From contig OY759724.1 in assembly GCA_963662715.1 (NCBI GenBank), forward strand, positions 1,950,001 through 1,982,000: a stretch of 32,000 bases of DNA. The letters run 5' to 3'. Positions 16,819 to 25,661 of this stretch are shown one piece after another. Position 1 is the first letter of the stretch. Every line of letters begins with the position of its first letter. The notes under the pieces were generated by a model, which was not told where the DNA came from, searched no databases, and saw only the letters and a list, made by a program, of their open reading frames with translations. This stretch comes from Candidatus Omnitrophota bacterium (GTDB lineage Bacteria; Omnitrophota; Gorgyraeia; Zapsychrales; JANLHA01). A program made the position numbers and the translations under genes.

Positions 16819-17679
16819 ATGTTCCCTATTATCAACAAACAGTTATTGGCGAAAGACGTGAAGCGGCTTGATATCGTGGCAGAAACGATCGCCGCCAAAG
16901 CCCAGCCCGGGCAGTTTGTCATCGTTATGCCGGAAAGAGGCGGGGACTGGATTCCGCTTTCCATTGTTGAAAGCGATCCTCTGCGGGGCACGGTTTCGTT
17001 TATTTTTCAGGAGAAGGGCCCGGCAACGCGTCTGCTGGGTTCTTTATCCATTCAGGAATCCGTATCCGTTGTCATGGGGCCTCTGGGGAAACCCGCGACG
17101 ATTAAGAACGCCGGAACGGTTGTCTGTATGGCCTCTGGCACGGGCATTGCATCGATTTTGCCCATATGCCGCGCCATGAAAAAGAAGGAAAACAAAGTCA
17201 TCGGGCTGATCGGGGCGGCGCAGAAGAAATCTCTGCTGCTTGAGACTCAAATGAGGCTGGCGTGTCATTCGCTGATGATCACAACTGAAGACGGTTCTTA
17301 CGAACGGAAAGGGAACATCGTTGAACTGTTGAAAGAGGTGCTGGATAAAGAACGGGTGAAGCTGGTTTACGTCATCGGCAATGCGCAGACGATGGAAGAG
17401 GCCTGTCAATTAACCCGTCCCAGGAAAATTGAAACGTTGATCCAGGCCAATACGATCATGTATTGCGGATCAGGGCTTTGCGGCTCCTGCCGTCTGGAAG
17501 TTCAGTCTAAATCTGTTTTGTCCTGTGTCGAGGGGCCTGAGTTCAACGGGCATAAAGTGGATTTCGAAAAATTGAAGATCCGTCTGCAGGCCCACGAAAG
17601 GACCGGGAAGAATTCGGGGCCTGATAATAATGCTGCCGGGGTGATGAAAAAAATCATATCCGGATTTTGGGACAATTAA
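16819..17679 (+). CDS. PyrK/NfnA-like FAD/NAD(P)-binding 2Fe-2S oxidoreductase subunit
   Basis: 286 aa. It has a ferredoxin-reductase-type fold pattern (GQFVIV, IPLSI) and a C-terminal cysteine cluster, CGSGLCGSCRL. Confidence 0.85.
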   Translation: MFPIINKQLLAKDVKRLDIVAETIAAKAQPGQFVIVMPERGGDWIPLSIVESDPLRGTVSFIFQEKGPATRLLGSLSIQESVSVVMGPLGKPATIKNAGTVVCMASGTGIASILPICRAMKKKENKVIGLIGAAQKKSLLLETQMRLACHSLMITTEDGSYERKGNIVELLKEVLDKERVKLVYVIGNAQTMEEACQLTRPRKIETLIQANTIMYCGSGLCGSCRLEVQSKSVLSCVEGPEFNGHKVDFEKLKIRLQAHERTGKNSGPDNNAAGVMKKIISGFWDN

Positions 17680-17747
17680 CCCTGTGCCCGGGAGGATATC
17701 CGGACTGGAAGCTTGTCCGGGGCCCGGCATCCGCAGAGGTTTTAAAT

Positions 17748-19109
17748 ATGTTACAGCCTCCTCAGAAAATTCAGTCTAAAGAAAAACGCGTTAGGAATTT
17801 CCGGGAAGTTTGTCAGGGATTCTCCCGCAAGAATGCCGTGAGTGAAGCGCGCCGTTGCCCTCAATGCAGTGACCCGGTTTGCATGACGGCCTGTCCTTTG
17901 AAAATTGATATCCCGGGATTTATCCGTCTTTTAAGGGAAGGGGATTTCCCGGCGTCTTTGCAGAAAATCAAAGAGCAGAATCCTTTGCCGGACGTTTGCG
18001 GCCGGGTATGCCGGGCTCCTTGTGAGCAAGCCTGTGTATTAAAAAAAGAAGGCGATCCCATTGCGATCCGGACCTTAGAGCGTTTTGCCGCGGATCACGG
18101 CCGGTCTTTTTCGGTGCTGAAGAGAAAACCCCGGCTTCACGGTGCCAAAGTGGCTGTCGTCGGATCCGGGCCGTCAGGATTGACGGTGGCTTCCTGTTTA
18201 GCCCGGCAGAAAATGAACGTTACCGTTTTTGAGTCCTTCCCGTTCCTCGGCGGAATCCTCCGCTACGGCATCCCGGAATTAAGAATGCCGCAAAAAGTTC
18301 TGGACACGCTGACGGATGACATAGAGATGGAGGGCGTTGATTTTAAGACTCTGACACGTATCGGCCGGTCTTTATCCATCGAAGAACTGTGGAGCCAGGA
18401 GTACAAGGCGGTTATATTAGCGACGGGAACCGGAGGCGCCGCATTGAATCAGATCCCCGGACACGACTTGGGGGGCGTCTTTTTCGCGGAAGAATTCCTC
18501 ATGAAAATGAATGTTGCGGAAACGAGTTACAGCCGCATCCAGGCCGATTTCCACCGTTATAAGAGAATCGCCGTTTTAGGCGCCGGTCATAAAGCTCTGG
18601 ACTGTGCCAGATTGTGCCGCCGGCTGGGTAAAGACGTGACACTTGTTTTTCCTTTATCTGAAGATGACCTGCCTATCCATCCTCAGGAGCGCCGTTTAGC
18701 CCTGGAGGAAGGGATCGAGTTTGCCGCCCGGACAAGGCCCCTGGACCTGATAGGAGATGAAACTCATTTCGTTCAGGGGGTTCAATGTGACCGGCTGGAT
18801 TACGCTGATCCTAAAGCTGACGGGCACTGGCAGCTGATGGTCGTCCCGGACTCGGCTTTTATTTTTGCCGCAGACGCTGTTATCATCGCATCGGCTCATA
18901 AGCCGGACATGTCTTTATACGATGTTATTCCGGGCTTAACCTCAACAAGGGAAGGGTATGTCTGGGTTGAGGAGCTTTCCATGAAGACGCCGGCCGCCAA
19001 TGTCTTTGCCGTTGGCGATGTGACGTGCGGTCAATTTGATATTGTTCAGACAATGGCTTCGGCCAAAAAGATTGTTGAATATGTTGAAAGAGGTCTTATC
19101 AGATTATGA
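17748..19109 (+). CDS. GltD/NfnB-like NADPH-dependent glutamate-synthase small-chain family oxidoreductase
   Basis: Fe-S cysteine clusters (CPQCSDPVCMTACP, CGRVCRAPCEQAC) and the dinucleotide fold KVAVVGSGPSGLT. I use ATG 17748 (MLQPPQKIQ) rather than the upstream alternative start at 17667. Confidence 0.88.
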   Translation: MLQPPQKIQSKEKRVRNFREVCQGFSRKNAVSEARRCPQCSDPVCMTACPLKIDIPGFIRLLREGDFPASLQKIKEQNPLPDVCGRVCRAPCEQACVLKKEGDPIAIRTLERFAADHGRSFSVLKRKPRLHGAKVAVVGSGPSGLTVASCLARQKMNVTVFESFPFLGGILRYGIPELRMPQKVLDTLTDDIEMEGVDFKTLTRIGRSLSIEELWSQEYKAVILATGTGGAALNQIPGHDLGGVFFAEEFLMKMNVAETSYSRIQADFHRYKRIAVLGAGHKALDCARLCRRLGKDVTLVFPLSEDDLPIHPQERRLALEEGIEFAARTRPLDLIGDETHFVQGVQCDRLDYADPKADGHWQLMVVPDSAFIFAADAVIIASAHKPDMSLYDVIPGLTSTREGYVWVEELSMKTPAANVFAVGDVTCGQFDIVQTMASAKKIVEYVERGLIRL

Positions 19110-19945
19110 AAAAGCGATTGACCCCCGAGGATATTCTTGAAAAGAAACGGCAAGGTCGCAGGCTGACGATGCTTACAGCGTATGACTATGCGTTCGCGCA
19201 GCTCATTGACAGCTGCGGCATTGATATGATTCTGGTCGGGGATTCTTTGGCGAATGTTGTCCTGGGCCTGGGTTCAACAAGGGACGTTGATATTGATATC
19301 ATGCTGCACCACGCTAAAGCCGTTAACCGGGGCGTGTCGAAAGCCCTCCTGATAGGAGATCTTCCGTATTCTTCCTGTCATGCAGCTCCGGGGCAAACGG
19401 TCAAAGACGCCCGGAGATTCTTGGATGAGGCCGGATGCGATGCCGTTAAGATAGAATGGTTTGAAAATTGCGCGCCGTCTGTTGAAGCTTTGCGGCAGGC
19501 CCAGATTCCGGTGATGGGGCATGTCGGTTTGACGCCGCAGACCGCTGAACAATTGGGCGGATTTAAGGTTCAGGGCAAGGGCGCTGAAAAGGCTCAGCAA
19601 ATTCTGACACAGGCCAGATGGCTTGAGGACAAGGGGTGTTTCGGTGTTGTCCTGGAATGTGTCCCCGACCGTTTGGCGCAGATAATTACGGGCCAGCTGA
19701 CCATCCCCACGATCGGAATAGGGGCCGGTCCCTATTGCGATGGTCAGGTTCTTGTAACGCACGATGCCCTGGGGCTGTTTGAAAGTTATCAGCCGAAGTT
19801 TGTTAAAACCTTTATGTCCGCAGGGTCCTTGATCCAAAAAGCCGTTAAAGAGTTTCAGGATGAGGTTGTCAACGGAACTTATCCGGATGATCAGCATTCT
19901 TATCATATGCCGGATGAAGAGTTTGCAAAGCTGCAAAAGGGTTGA
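19106..19945 (+). CDS. panB: 3-methyl-2-oxobutanoate hydroxymethyltransferase
   Basis: MLTAYDY, LVGDSL, VKIE and GIGAG motifs. It overlaps the upstream gene in an ATGA junction. Confidence 0.92.
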   Translation: MKKRLTPEDILEKKRQGRRLTMLTAYDYAFAQLIDSCGIDMILVGDSLANVVLGLGSTRDVDIDIMLHHAKAVNRGVSKALLIGDLPYSSCHAAPGQTVKDARRFLDEAGCDAVKIEWFENCAPSVEALRQAQIPVMGHVGLTPQTAEQLGGFKVQGKGAEKAQQILTQARWLEDKGCFGVVLECVPDRLAQIITGQLTIPTIGIGAGPYCDGQVLVTHDALGLFESYQPKFVKTFMSAGSLIQKAVKEFQDEVVNGTYPDDQHSYHMPDEEFAKLQKG

Positions 19946-20017
19946 AAGGAAACGCTTTTTAAACTTTCCGGAACAGGTCATCTCTGTATGCTGATAGATG
20001 AACCATCGGGGTTATAG

Positions 20018-20341
20018 ATGAAAAAATGTCCGTTTTGCGCAGAAGAGATTCAGGATGAAGCGATTAAATGCCGTTACTGTAATGAGTTCCTCGATGGCAG
20101 GAAACTCAAGGGACGAAAGTCTCCGGACTGGTACTTCAGCAAGACCTTTCTTGTGATCGGTTTTTGCTGCGTGGGGCCTTTGGTTTTACCCCTGGTCTGG
20201 CTTCATCCCCGTTACAGCCGGAATACGAAAATCATTCTTTCTGCGGTGCTTATTATTCTCAGCTGGATGCTGGGTAAGATGGTTATGAATTATTTATCTT
20301 CTATTAGTCAGTATTACAGTATTATTTTTAACTCCATTTAA
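20018..20341 (+). CDS. Zinc-ribbon domain membrane protein
   Basis: N-terminal CPFC-x12-CRYC zinc ribbon followed by two hydrophobic helices. 107 aa. Confidence 0.65.
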   Translation: MKKCPFCAEEIQDEAIKCRYCNEFLDGRKLKGRKSPDWYFSKTFLVIGFCCVGPLVLPLVWLHPRYSRNTKIILSAVLIILSWMLGKMVMNYLSSISQYYSIIFNSI

Positions 20342-20382
20342 TGCGTCAGGAATAACCCGCAAATCCAGCTTTGATAAACCCC

Positions 20383-20411
20383 TTGCTTTTTATAAAACTT
20401 TTAGTTAGAAT
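20383..20411 (+). promoter_or_regulatory. Candidate sigma-70 promoter for glyQS
   Basis: TTGCTT (20383-20388), a 17-nt spacer, then TAGAAT (20406-20411). It ends 47 nt upstream of ATG 20459. Confidence 0.4.
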
Positions 20412-20458
20412 ATGGCTTCAATTAAATCCTCTTGACTTTATTAAGCTGAAGTGTTGTC

Positions 20459-21766
20459 ATGCAATCCACTGTTGATATGGACAAAATAGTTTCCCTCTGT
20501 AAGCGCCGGGGCTTCATTTTTCAATCATCAGAAATATACGGTGGTTTAGGAAGTGCCTGGGATTACGGGCCTTTGGGTGCCGAACTGAAACGCAACGTCA
20601 AGGCGGCCTGGTGGAAAGCCGTGGTTCACGACCGGGATGATGTCGTGGGGCTGGATGCCAGCATCCTTATGCATCCCATGACATGGAAAGCGTCCGGTCA
20701 TACGGAAAATTTCACTGACGTCCTTGTTGACTGCAAACAGTGCAAAAAACGTTTCCGGCAGGACCATGTCGGAGATACCTGCCCGAACTGCGGTGCGAAA
20801 GATTTTACCGAAGGTCGGGCTTTTAATTTAATGCTTAAAACTCATCTGGGGGCTGTTGAAGATGAGGGAAGCGTTGCCTATCTCCGCCCGGAAACCGCGC
20901 AGGGTATCTTTGTGAATTTTCCCAATGTCGTGAATGTGACCCGCCGCAAACTGCCTTTTGGCATTGCCCAGATCGGCAAGTCCTTCCGCAACGAGATTAC
21001 TCCGGGGAATTTTACGTTCCGGACCCGGGAATTCGAACAAATGGAGATTGAATACTTTACCCGTCCGGAAGAGGCTCGGGCTTGTCATGAAGAATGGATC
21101 CAGGCCCGATATAACTGGTATTTACAGCTGGGGATTCATAAAGACAAACTGCGCCTGCGTCCGCATGGGGCCGACGAGTTGGCCCATTATGCCGCCGGGT
21201 GTACGGATGTCGAATATCAGTTCCCGTTCGGCTGGTCGGAACTGGAGGGGATAGCCAACCGTACGGATTTTGACCTGCGGCAGCATGCCCAATTCTCCGG
21301 CAAGGACCTCAGTTACCAGGACCTCGTGTCACATCAGAAATTTTATCCCTATATTATCGAGCCTTCCGGCGGTGTCGACCGCGCCACGCTGGCGTTTATC
21401 GTTGATGCCTATCATGAAGAGGAGGTCAAAGAGACAAAGAGAGTTGTGTTGAAGCTGCACAAATCCCTGGTTCCTATCCAGATCGCTTTTCTGCCGCTTT
21501 TGAAAAAGAATTCGGATATTGTCACTCTGGCCAAAGCCCTTAAGAAAGAACTGCAAAAAGATTTTACCTGCGCCTATGATGACACGGCCTCTATCGGTAA
21601 GTTATATAGACGGCAGGATGAAATAGGGACGTTTTACTGCGTGACTGTGGACGTTCAGTCTCTGGAAGACAAGCAGGTAACGGTCCGCTTCCGCGACACC
21701 ATGGCTCAGGAGAGGATCGCCGTGGATCAACTTCGGGATTATCTTAAAGCACAATTAGAATCTTAA
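20459..21766 (+). CDS. glyQS: Glycine--tRNA ligase (alpha2 dimeric type)
   Basis: RRGFIFQSSEIYGG, WDYGPLG and the class II motif 2 FRNEITPGNFTFRTREFEQMEIEYF. 435 aa. Confidence 0.92.
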   Translation: MQSTVDMDKIVSLCKRRGFIFQSSEIYGGLGSAWDYGPLGAELKRNVKAAWWKAVVHDRDDVVGLDASILMHPMTWKASGHTENFTDVLVDCKQCKKRFRQDHVGDTCPNCGAKDFTEGRAFNLMLKTHLGAVEDEGSVAYLRPETAQGIFVNFPNVVNVTRRKLPFGIAQIGKSFRNEITPGNFTFRTREFEQMEIEYFTRPEEARACHEEWIQARYNWYLQLGIHKDKLRLRPHGADELAHYAAGCTDVEYQFPFGWSELEGIANRTDFDLRQHAQFSGKDLSYQDLVSHQKFYPYIIEPSGGVDRATLAFIVDAYHEEEVKETKRVVLKLHKSLVPIQIAFLPLLKKNSDIVTLAKALKKELQKDFTCAYDDTASIGKLYRRQDEIGTFYCVTVDVQSLEDKQVTVRFRDTMAQERIAVDQLRDYLKAQLES

Positions 21767-21813
21767 AGGTTACACATTTGAGTTTAACAATTATAAAGAA
21801 AGGTTGAGAAACG

Positions 21814-24594
21814 ATGGCTAAAAAATATGTTTATTCCTTCGGAGGAGGGAAAGCCGACGGTAAAGCTGAGATGAAAAATCTTTTGGGCGGCAAAGGTGCC
21901 AACTTGGCCGAGATGGCCGGGCATAATGAACTGCGTTTGCCGGTTCCTCCCGGTTTCACCATTACAACCGATGTCTGCACCTACTATTATGCGAATAAAA
22001 AGAAATATCCGGCGGAGCTCAAAGGGCAGGTAAAATCGGCTTTAGAGAAAGTCGAGAAGATCACCGGTAAAAAATTCGGTGATGCCAAGGACCCTCTGCT
22101 TGTATCCGTCCGTTCCGGCGCGAGAAAATCCATGCCCGGGATGATGGAAACTGTCTTAAACGTCGGGTTGACCCAGAAAACAATCCCCGGGTTGGTGGCT
22201 AAAACAAACAACGAACGGTTTGTTTATGACGCCTATCGCCGTTTGCTGACAATGTACGCGGATGTCGTTATGGAAAAGGCCGCAGGCATTGAACCGGCAG
22301 ACGGCCAGGGCATCCGCCGTCAATTAGAAAAGATCCTTGACCGGTATAAAAAAGAGCAGGGCGTCAAAAATGATTCTGATTTGGGCGCCGATGTTCTGAA
22401 GAATCTGTGTGCTGATTATAAAAAGAAAATCAAAGAGGTCTTGGGGAAGGAATTCCCGGACAATGCGATGGATCAGCTGTGGGGCGGTATCAGTGCGGTC
22501 TTTTCTTCCTGGAACGGAAAGAGAGCTGTGGCCTACCGGGTGATCGAAGGCATTCCGCATGAATGGGGGACGGCTGTGAACGTCCAGACGATGGCTTTCG
22601 GAAACATGGGCGAGAATTCCGCCACCGGTGTGGCCTTTACCCGTAATCCCGGTAACGGGGAGAATGATTTTTACGGAGAGTTTCTCATTAACGCGCAAGG
22701 GGAAGACGTGGTGGCCGGTATCCGGACCCCGGCCCCGATCAACGCGTATTCTCAGACGGAATATAACAAGAACCTCGAAACGCTTGAGCAGAATTCCCCG
22801 CAGATTTATAAACAGCTGGTCGATATCCGCAACCGTCTGGAAAAGCACTATAGAGACATGCAGGACATTGAATTCACCATTGAAGAAGGCGTTCTGTATA
22901 TGCTGCAGTGCCGGGTCGGCAAGCGCAACGGGCCGGCGGCTTTGAAAATGGCTATGGATATGCTTAAGTCAAAGCTGATCACGCCGGAAGATGCGATCAG
23001 CCGTGTGACACCGGCTCAGCTGGATGAGCTTTTGCATCCTATTATCGATCCGATGCAGGAAAAAACGGCAACACTTCTCGGGTCGGGGCTGCCGGCAGGC
23101 CCCGGCGGCGCAACCGGACAAATCGTGTTCACGGCGGAGGCAGCCGTCGCATGGAAGAAATCCGGGAAGCAAGTCATACTCGTCAGAGAGGAAACAAATC
23201 CGGAAGACGTGGAAGGCATGCGCGCGGCTGAGGCTATTTTGACAGCGCGAGGGGGGATGACCTCCCATGCCGCTTTGGTCGCCCGCGGGTGGGGTAAATG
23301 TTGTATCGTCGGGTGTTCGGAAGTGGAAATAGACCACGCTACCAAGAATATGAAAATCGGAGACAAAGTCCTCCCGGAAGGCTCCTGGATCACCTTAAAC
23401 GGAACCAAGGGAAAAGTCTATGAGGGCCAGTTGGCGATGATTGACGCCGCTTCTGAGAATCAGCTTTTAAACGACTTCCTGAAGGTGTGTGATAAAATCC
23501 GCACATTAAAAATACGGACAAATGCCGATACTCCGGATGATGCCGCTAAAGCGCGGGCTTTTGGGGCGGAAGGGATCGGATTGTTCAGAACAGAACATAT
23601 GTTTTACGGGAAGAATTCTGAGCAGCCCTTATTTAAATTGAGAAAGATGATCGTTTCTCAGAAACTTGAGGAACGCCGGAAGGCTTTGGATGAATTGTTC
23701 CCTTATGTCAAGAATGATATCAAGGGGACTTTGGCCGCCATGGACGGGTTCCCTGTTACGATCCGTTTGCTGGATCCGCCGCTTCATGAGTTTGTGCCGC
23801 ACAATGAAGAGGCTTTGCAGCAGTTAGCCGAGAGCCTGGGGATTACGATGGACATCCTCGAAAAGCGGGCTTCGCTTTTGAGGGAATCTAACCCGATGAT
23901 GGGACATCGCGGTGTCCGTCTGGGGGTGACTTATCCGGAAGTTACGGAAATGCAGGTCCGCGCTGTCCTCGAGGCAGCCGTGGAATGTACCAAGGAAGGC
24001 AAAAAAGTCTTTCCGGAGATTATGGTCCCGGTTGTCTGCTCGGTTAAAGAGTTGGAGAATCAGAAAGAGATCGCTAAACGCGTCTATAAAGAAGTGTGTG
24101 AGAAATACAGTGTCAAGACCATTAAGCACATGTTCGGGACAATGATTGAAATCCCCAGAGCGGCCTTGACGGCTAATAAAATTGCTGACGTCGCGGAATT
24201 TTTCTCTTACGGAACGAATGACCTCACTCAGATGAGTTTCGGCTTCTCCCGCGATGATATCGGCGGGTTCTTGCCGGATTATCTTGAAACGTCGATTTTG
24301 CCGGAAGATCCTTTTGCCAGCATCGATGAAGAGGGCGTGGGCGAACTTATAAGCCTGGGGGTGCAGAGGGGCCGTTCTGTCCGTCCGAACCTGAAGATCG
24401 GTATCTGCGGGGAACATGGCGGAGATCCCAAGTCGATCGCATTTTGCCAGAATGTCGGCATGGACTATGTCAGCTGTTCGCCTTTCCGTGTTCCGATCGC
24501 CCGCTTAGCCGCAGCGCAGGCTGCTTTGGCCGGCGCAAACAAGCCGAAAAAGAAAGCACAGAAAAAAGTTGCCAAGAAAAAGAGTAGACGTTAA
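21814..24594 (+). CDS. ppdK: Pyruvate, phosphate dikinase with an appended lysine-rich C-terminal tail
   Basis: GGKGANLAEM, the phosphohistidine motif GGMTSHAALVARGWGK, and GTNDLTQM. 926 aa. Confidence 0.95.
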   Translation: MAKKYVYSFGGGKADGKAEMKNLLGGKGANLAEMAGHNELRLPVPPGFTITTDVCTYYYANKKKYPAELKGQVKSALEKVEKITGKKFGDAKDPLLVSVRSGARKSMPGMMETVLNVGLTQKTIPGLVAKTNNERFVYDAYRRLLTMYADVVMEKAAGIEPADGQGIRRQLEKILDRYKKEQGVKNDSDLGADVLKNLCADYKKKIKEVLGKEFPDNAMDQLWGGISAVFSSWNGKRAVAYRVIEGIPHEWGTAVNVQTMAFGNMGENSATGVAFTRNPGNGENDFYGEFLINAQGEDVVAGIRTPAPINAYSQTEYNKNLETLEQNSPQIYKQLVDIRNRLEKHYRDMQDIEFTIEEGVLYMLQCRVGKRNGPAALKMAMDMLKSKLITPEDAISRVTPAQLDELLHPIIDPMQEKTATLLGSGLPAGPGGATGQIVFTAEAAVAWKKSGKQVILVREETNPEDVEGMRAAEAILTARGGMTSHAALVARGWGKCCIVGCSEVEIDHATKNMKIGDKVLPEGSWITLNGTKGKVYEGQLAMIDAASENQLLNDFLKVCDKIRTLKIRTNADTPDDAAKARAFGAEGIGLFRTEHMFYGKNSEQPLFKLRKMIVSQKLEERRKALDELFPYVKNDIKGTLAAMDGFPVTIRLLDPPLHEFVPHNEEALQQLAESLGITMDILEKRASLLRESNPMMGHRGVRLGVTYPEVTEMQVRAVLEAAVECTKEGKKVFPEIMVPVVCSVKELENQKEIAKRVYKEVCEKYSVKTIKHMFGTMIEIPRAALTANKIADVAEFFSYGTNDLTQMSFGFSRDDIGGFLPDYLETSILPEDPFASIDEEGVGELISLGVQRGRSVRPNLKIGICGEHGGDPKSIAFCQNVGMDYVSCSPFRVPIARLAAAQAALAGANKPKKKAQKKVAKKKSRR

Positions 24595-24611
24595 TATCAT
24601 ATATTAGCCCT

Positions 24612-24646
24612 GGTGGACAGAAAAGTTCACGGCTTTTCTGTCCACC
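24612..24646 (+). terminator. Stem-loop terminator after ppdK
   Basis: A perfect 14-bp stem, GGTGGACAGAAAAG (24612-24625) with CTTTTCTGTCCACC (24633-24646), and a 7-nt loop. The downstream T-tract is weak (ATTCTTTCG). Confidence 0.6.
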
Positions 24647-24659
24647 GGAGATTCTTTCG

Positions 24660-24667
24660 TGTATAAT
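24660..24667 (+). promoter_or_regulatory. Possible -10 element (TGTATAAT) for the sigma-factor gene
   Basis: A perfect TATAAT (24662-24667) preceded by TG, 14 nt after the ppdK terminator. It implies a leader of about 165 nt. Confidence 0.35.
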
Positions 24668-24671
24668 ATTT

Positions 24672-24836
24672 CTACCCCGCCAACAGAACTTCACCCCGCA
24701 AGATGTCGGGCTGCGATTTCCTTAGGGGCGTTCACCGATAAGGATGTGCTGGGCGGGTGAAGCATAGTGACCGCCTCCTGTAAACGGAGAGCGTCTAGTG
24801 TCTTTTGTAATTTCAGTATTACTTTAATAAAGGAGT
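24672..24836 (+). promoter_or_regulatory. Structured 5' leader of the sigma-factor gene (class unknown)
   Basis: A long-range helix pairs 24689-24699 with 24753-24762 (10 bp, one bulge). An inner hairpin pairs CCTTA (24720-24724) with TAAGG (24739-24743). A second hairpin pairs 24772-24778 with 24786-93. CCTCC at 24774-24778 is complementary to the SD AGGAG at 24831-24835. Confidence 0.3.
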
Positions 24837-24839
24837 TTC

Positions 24840-25661
24840 ATGGATCCGATTAAAGCCTACCTGAAAGATGTTCGTAAAATTCCGTTATTGACTCCCAAAG
24901 AAGAAGTCGAATTGGCCCGCAAAGCCAAAACCGGGGATCAGGAAGCCCGTAATAAAATGATCCGCTCGAATTTACGCTTGGTGATCAGTATCGCCAAACG
25001 GTATATGAATCTTGGGGTGCCGCTCAGTGATCTCATTGAGGAAGGGAATATCGGGTTGATGAAAAGTATTGAGAAATTCGACCCGGAGAAAGGTTTTCGT
25101 TTCTCGACATATTCCGCCTGGTGGATCAAGCAGGGTATTTCCCGCGCCATTATTGATCAGGGCAAGATGATCCGTGTCCCTGTCTACATGAATGAGGAAA
25201 TCTTAAAATATAAAAAGGCTGTCGAGGCTTTAACGCATAAACTCAGACGAAAACCCCGCATGAGTGAAGTTGCCAGAAAATTACAGACAACGGTTGAAAA
25301 AGTGCGGGAACTGGAGCGGTCTATCGCCAAAATGTCCAGTCTCGACGCCCCTATCGGCAGTGACGGAGACAGCCAGGTTAAAGATATTATTGAGGATCAG
25401 AGTTCGGTCAGCCCGGACGAACAGTTAGAGGTGTTTTTCAACCGTGAACGCGCCCAGAGTTATTTGAATATGCTCAATGAACGGGAACGTAAAATCCTCA
25501 CAATGCGTTATGGCCTGGAAGACGGAAAAACTTATACCCTTGCGGAAATCGCCAAAAAACTGGGCGTGTCCCGCGAAAGAGTCCGGCAGATTGAAGCGGC
25601 GACAATTAAGAAAATACAGTTGCTTATACAGCAACAGGAATCTGAACAAGATGAAAAGTAA
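24840..25661 (+). CDS. Sigma-70 family RNA polymerase sigma factor, group 2 / RpoS-like
   Basis: Region 2 is DLIEEGNIGLMKSIEKFDPEKGFRFSTYSAWWIKQGISRAI. Region 4.2 HTH is YTLAEIAKKLGVSRERVRQIEAATIKKI. 273 aa. SD AAGGAG lies upstream of the ATG. Confidence 0.9.
   Translation: MDPIKAYLKDVRKIPLLTPKEEVELARKAKTGDQEARNKMIRSNLRLVISIAKRYMNLGVPLSDLIEEGNIGLMKSIEKFDPEKGFRFSTYSAWWIKQGISRAIIDQGKMIRVPVYMNEEILKYKKAVEALTHKLRRKPRMSEVARKLQTTVEKVRELERSIAKMSSLDAPIGSDGDSQVKDIIEDQSSVSPDEQLEVFFNRERAQSYLNMLNERERKILTMRYGLEDGKTYTLAEIAKKLGVSRERVRQIEAATIKKIQLLIQQQESEQDEK

Noticed and set aside
17700-17720. A 6-bp hairpin (CCGGAC-N9-GTCCGG) in the 68-nt gap between the NfnA-like and NfnB-like genes
   Set aside because: It is short and has no T-tract. 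It is probably an incidental intercistronic structure, and nothing distinguishes it from chance.
19274-19981. 235-aa antisense ORF covering almost all of panB. Similar long antisense ORFs occur at 15599..16186, 22324..22848, 23824..24417, 28187..28807 and 7293..7712.
   Set aside because: Each sits opposite a gene with unmistakable conserved motifs. Their translations are Arg/Leu/Ser/Gly-rich with no motifs and no SD. These are shadow ORFs of the kind expected from codon bias.
24701-24711. An 11-mer, AGATGTCGGGC, shared between the sigma leader and the GC-rich island (31006-31016)
   Set aside because: In 32 kb, on the order of a hundred chance 11-mer matches are expected. The similarity does not extend beyond the 11-mer.
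25477-25650. Upstream 58-codon extension of the LacI-like ORF, and the idea of a programmed frameshift fusing sigma region 4 to the sensor domain
   Set aside because: The extension is simply the alternate frame of the conserved sigma region 3/4 coding sequence. I see no recognisable slippery heptamer or stimulatory structure at the 11-nt overlap. Ordinary overlap and coupling is the simpler reading.
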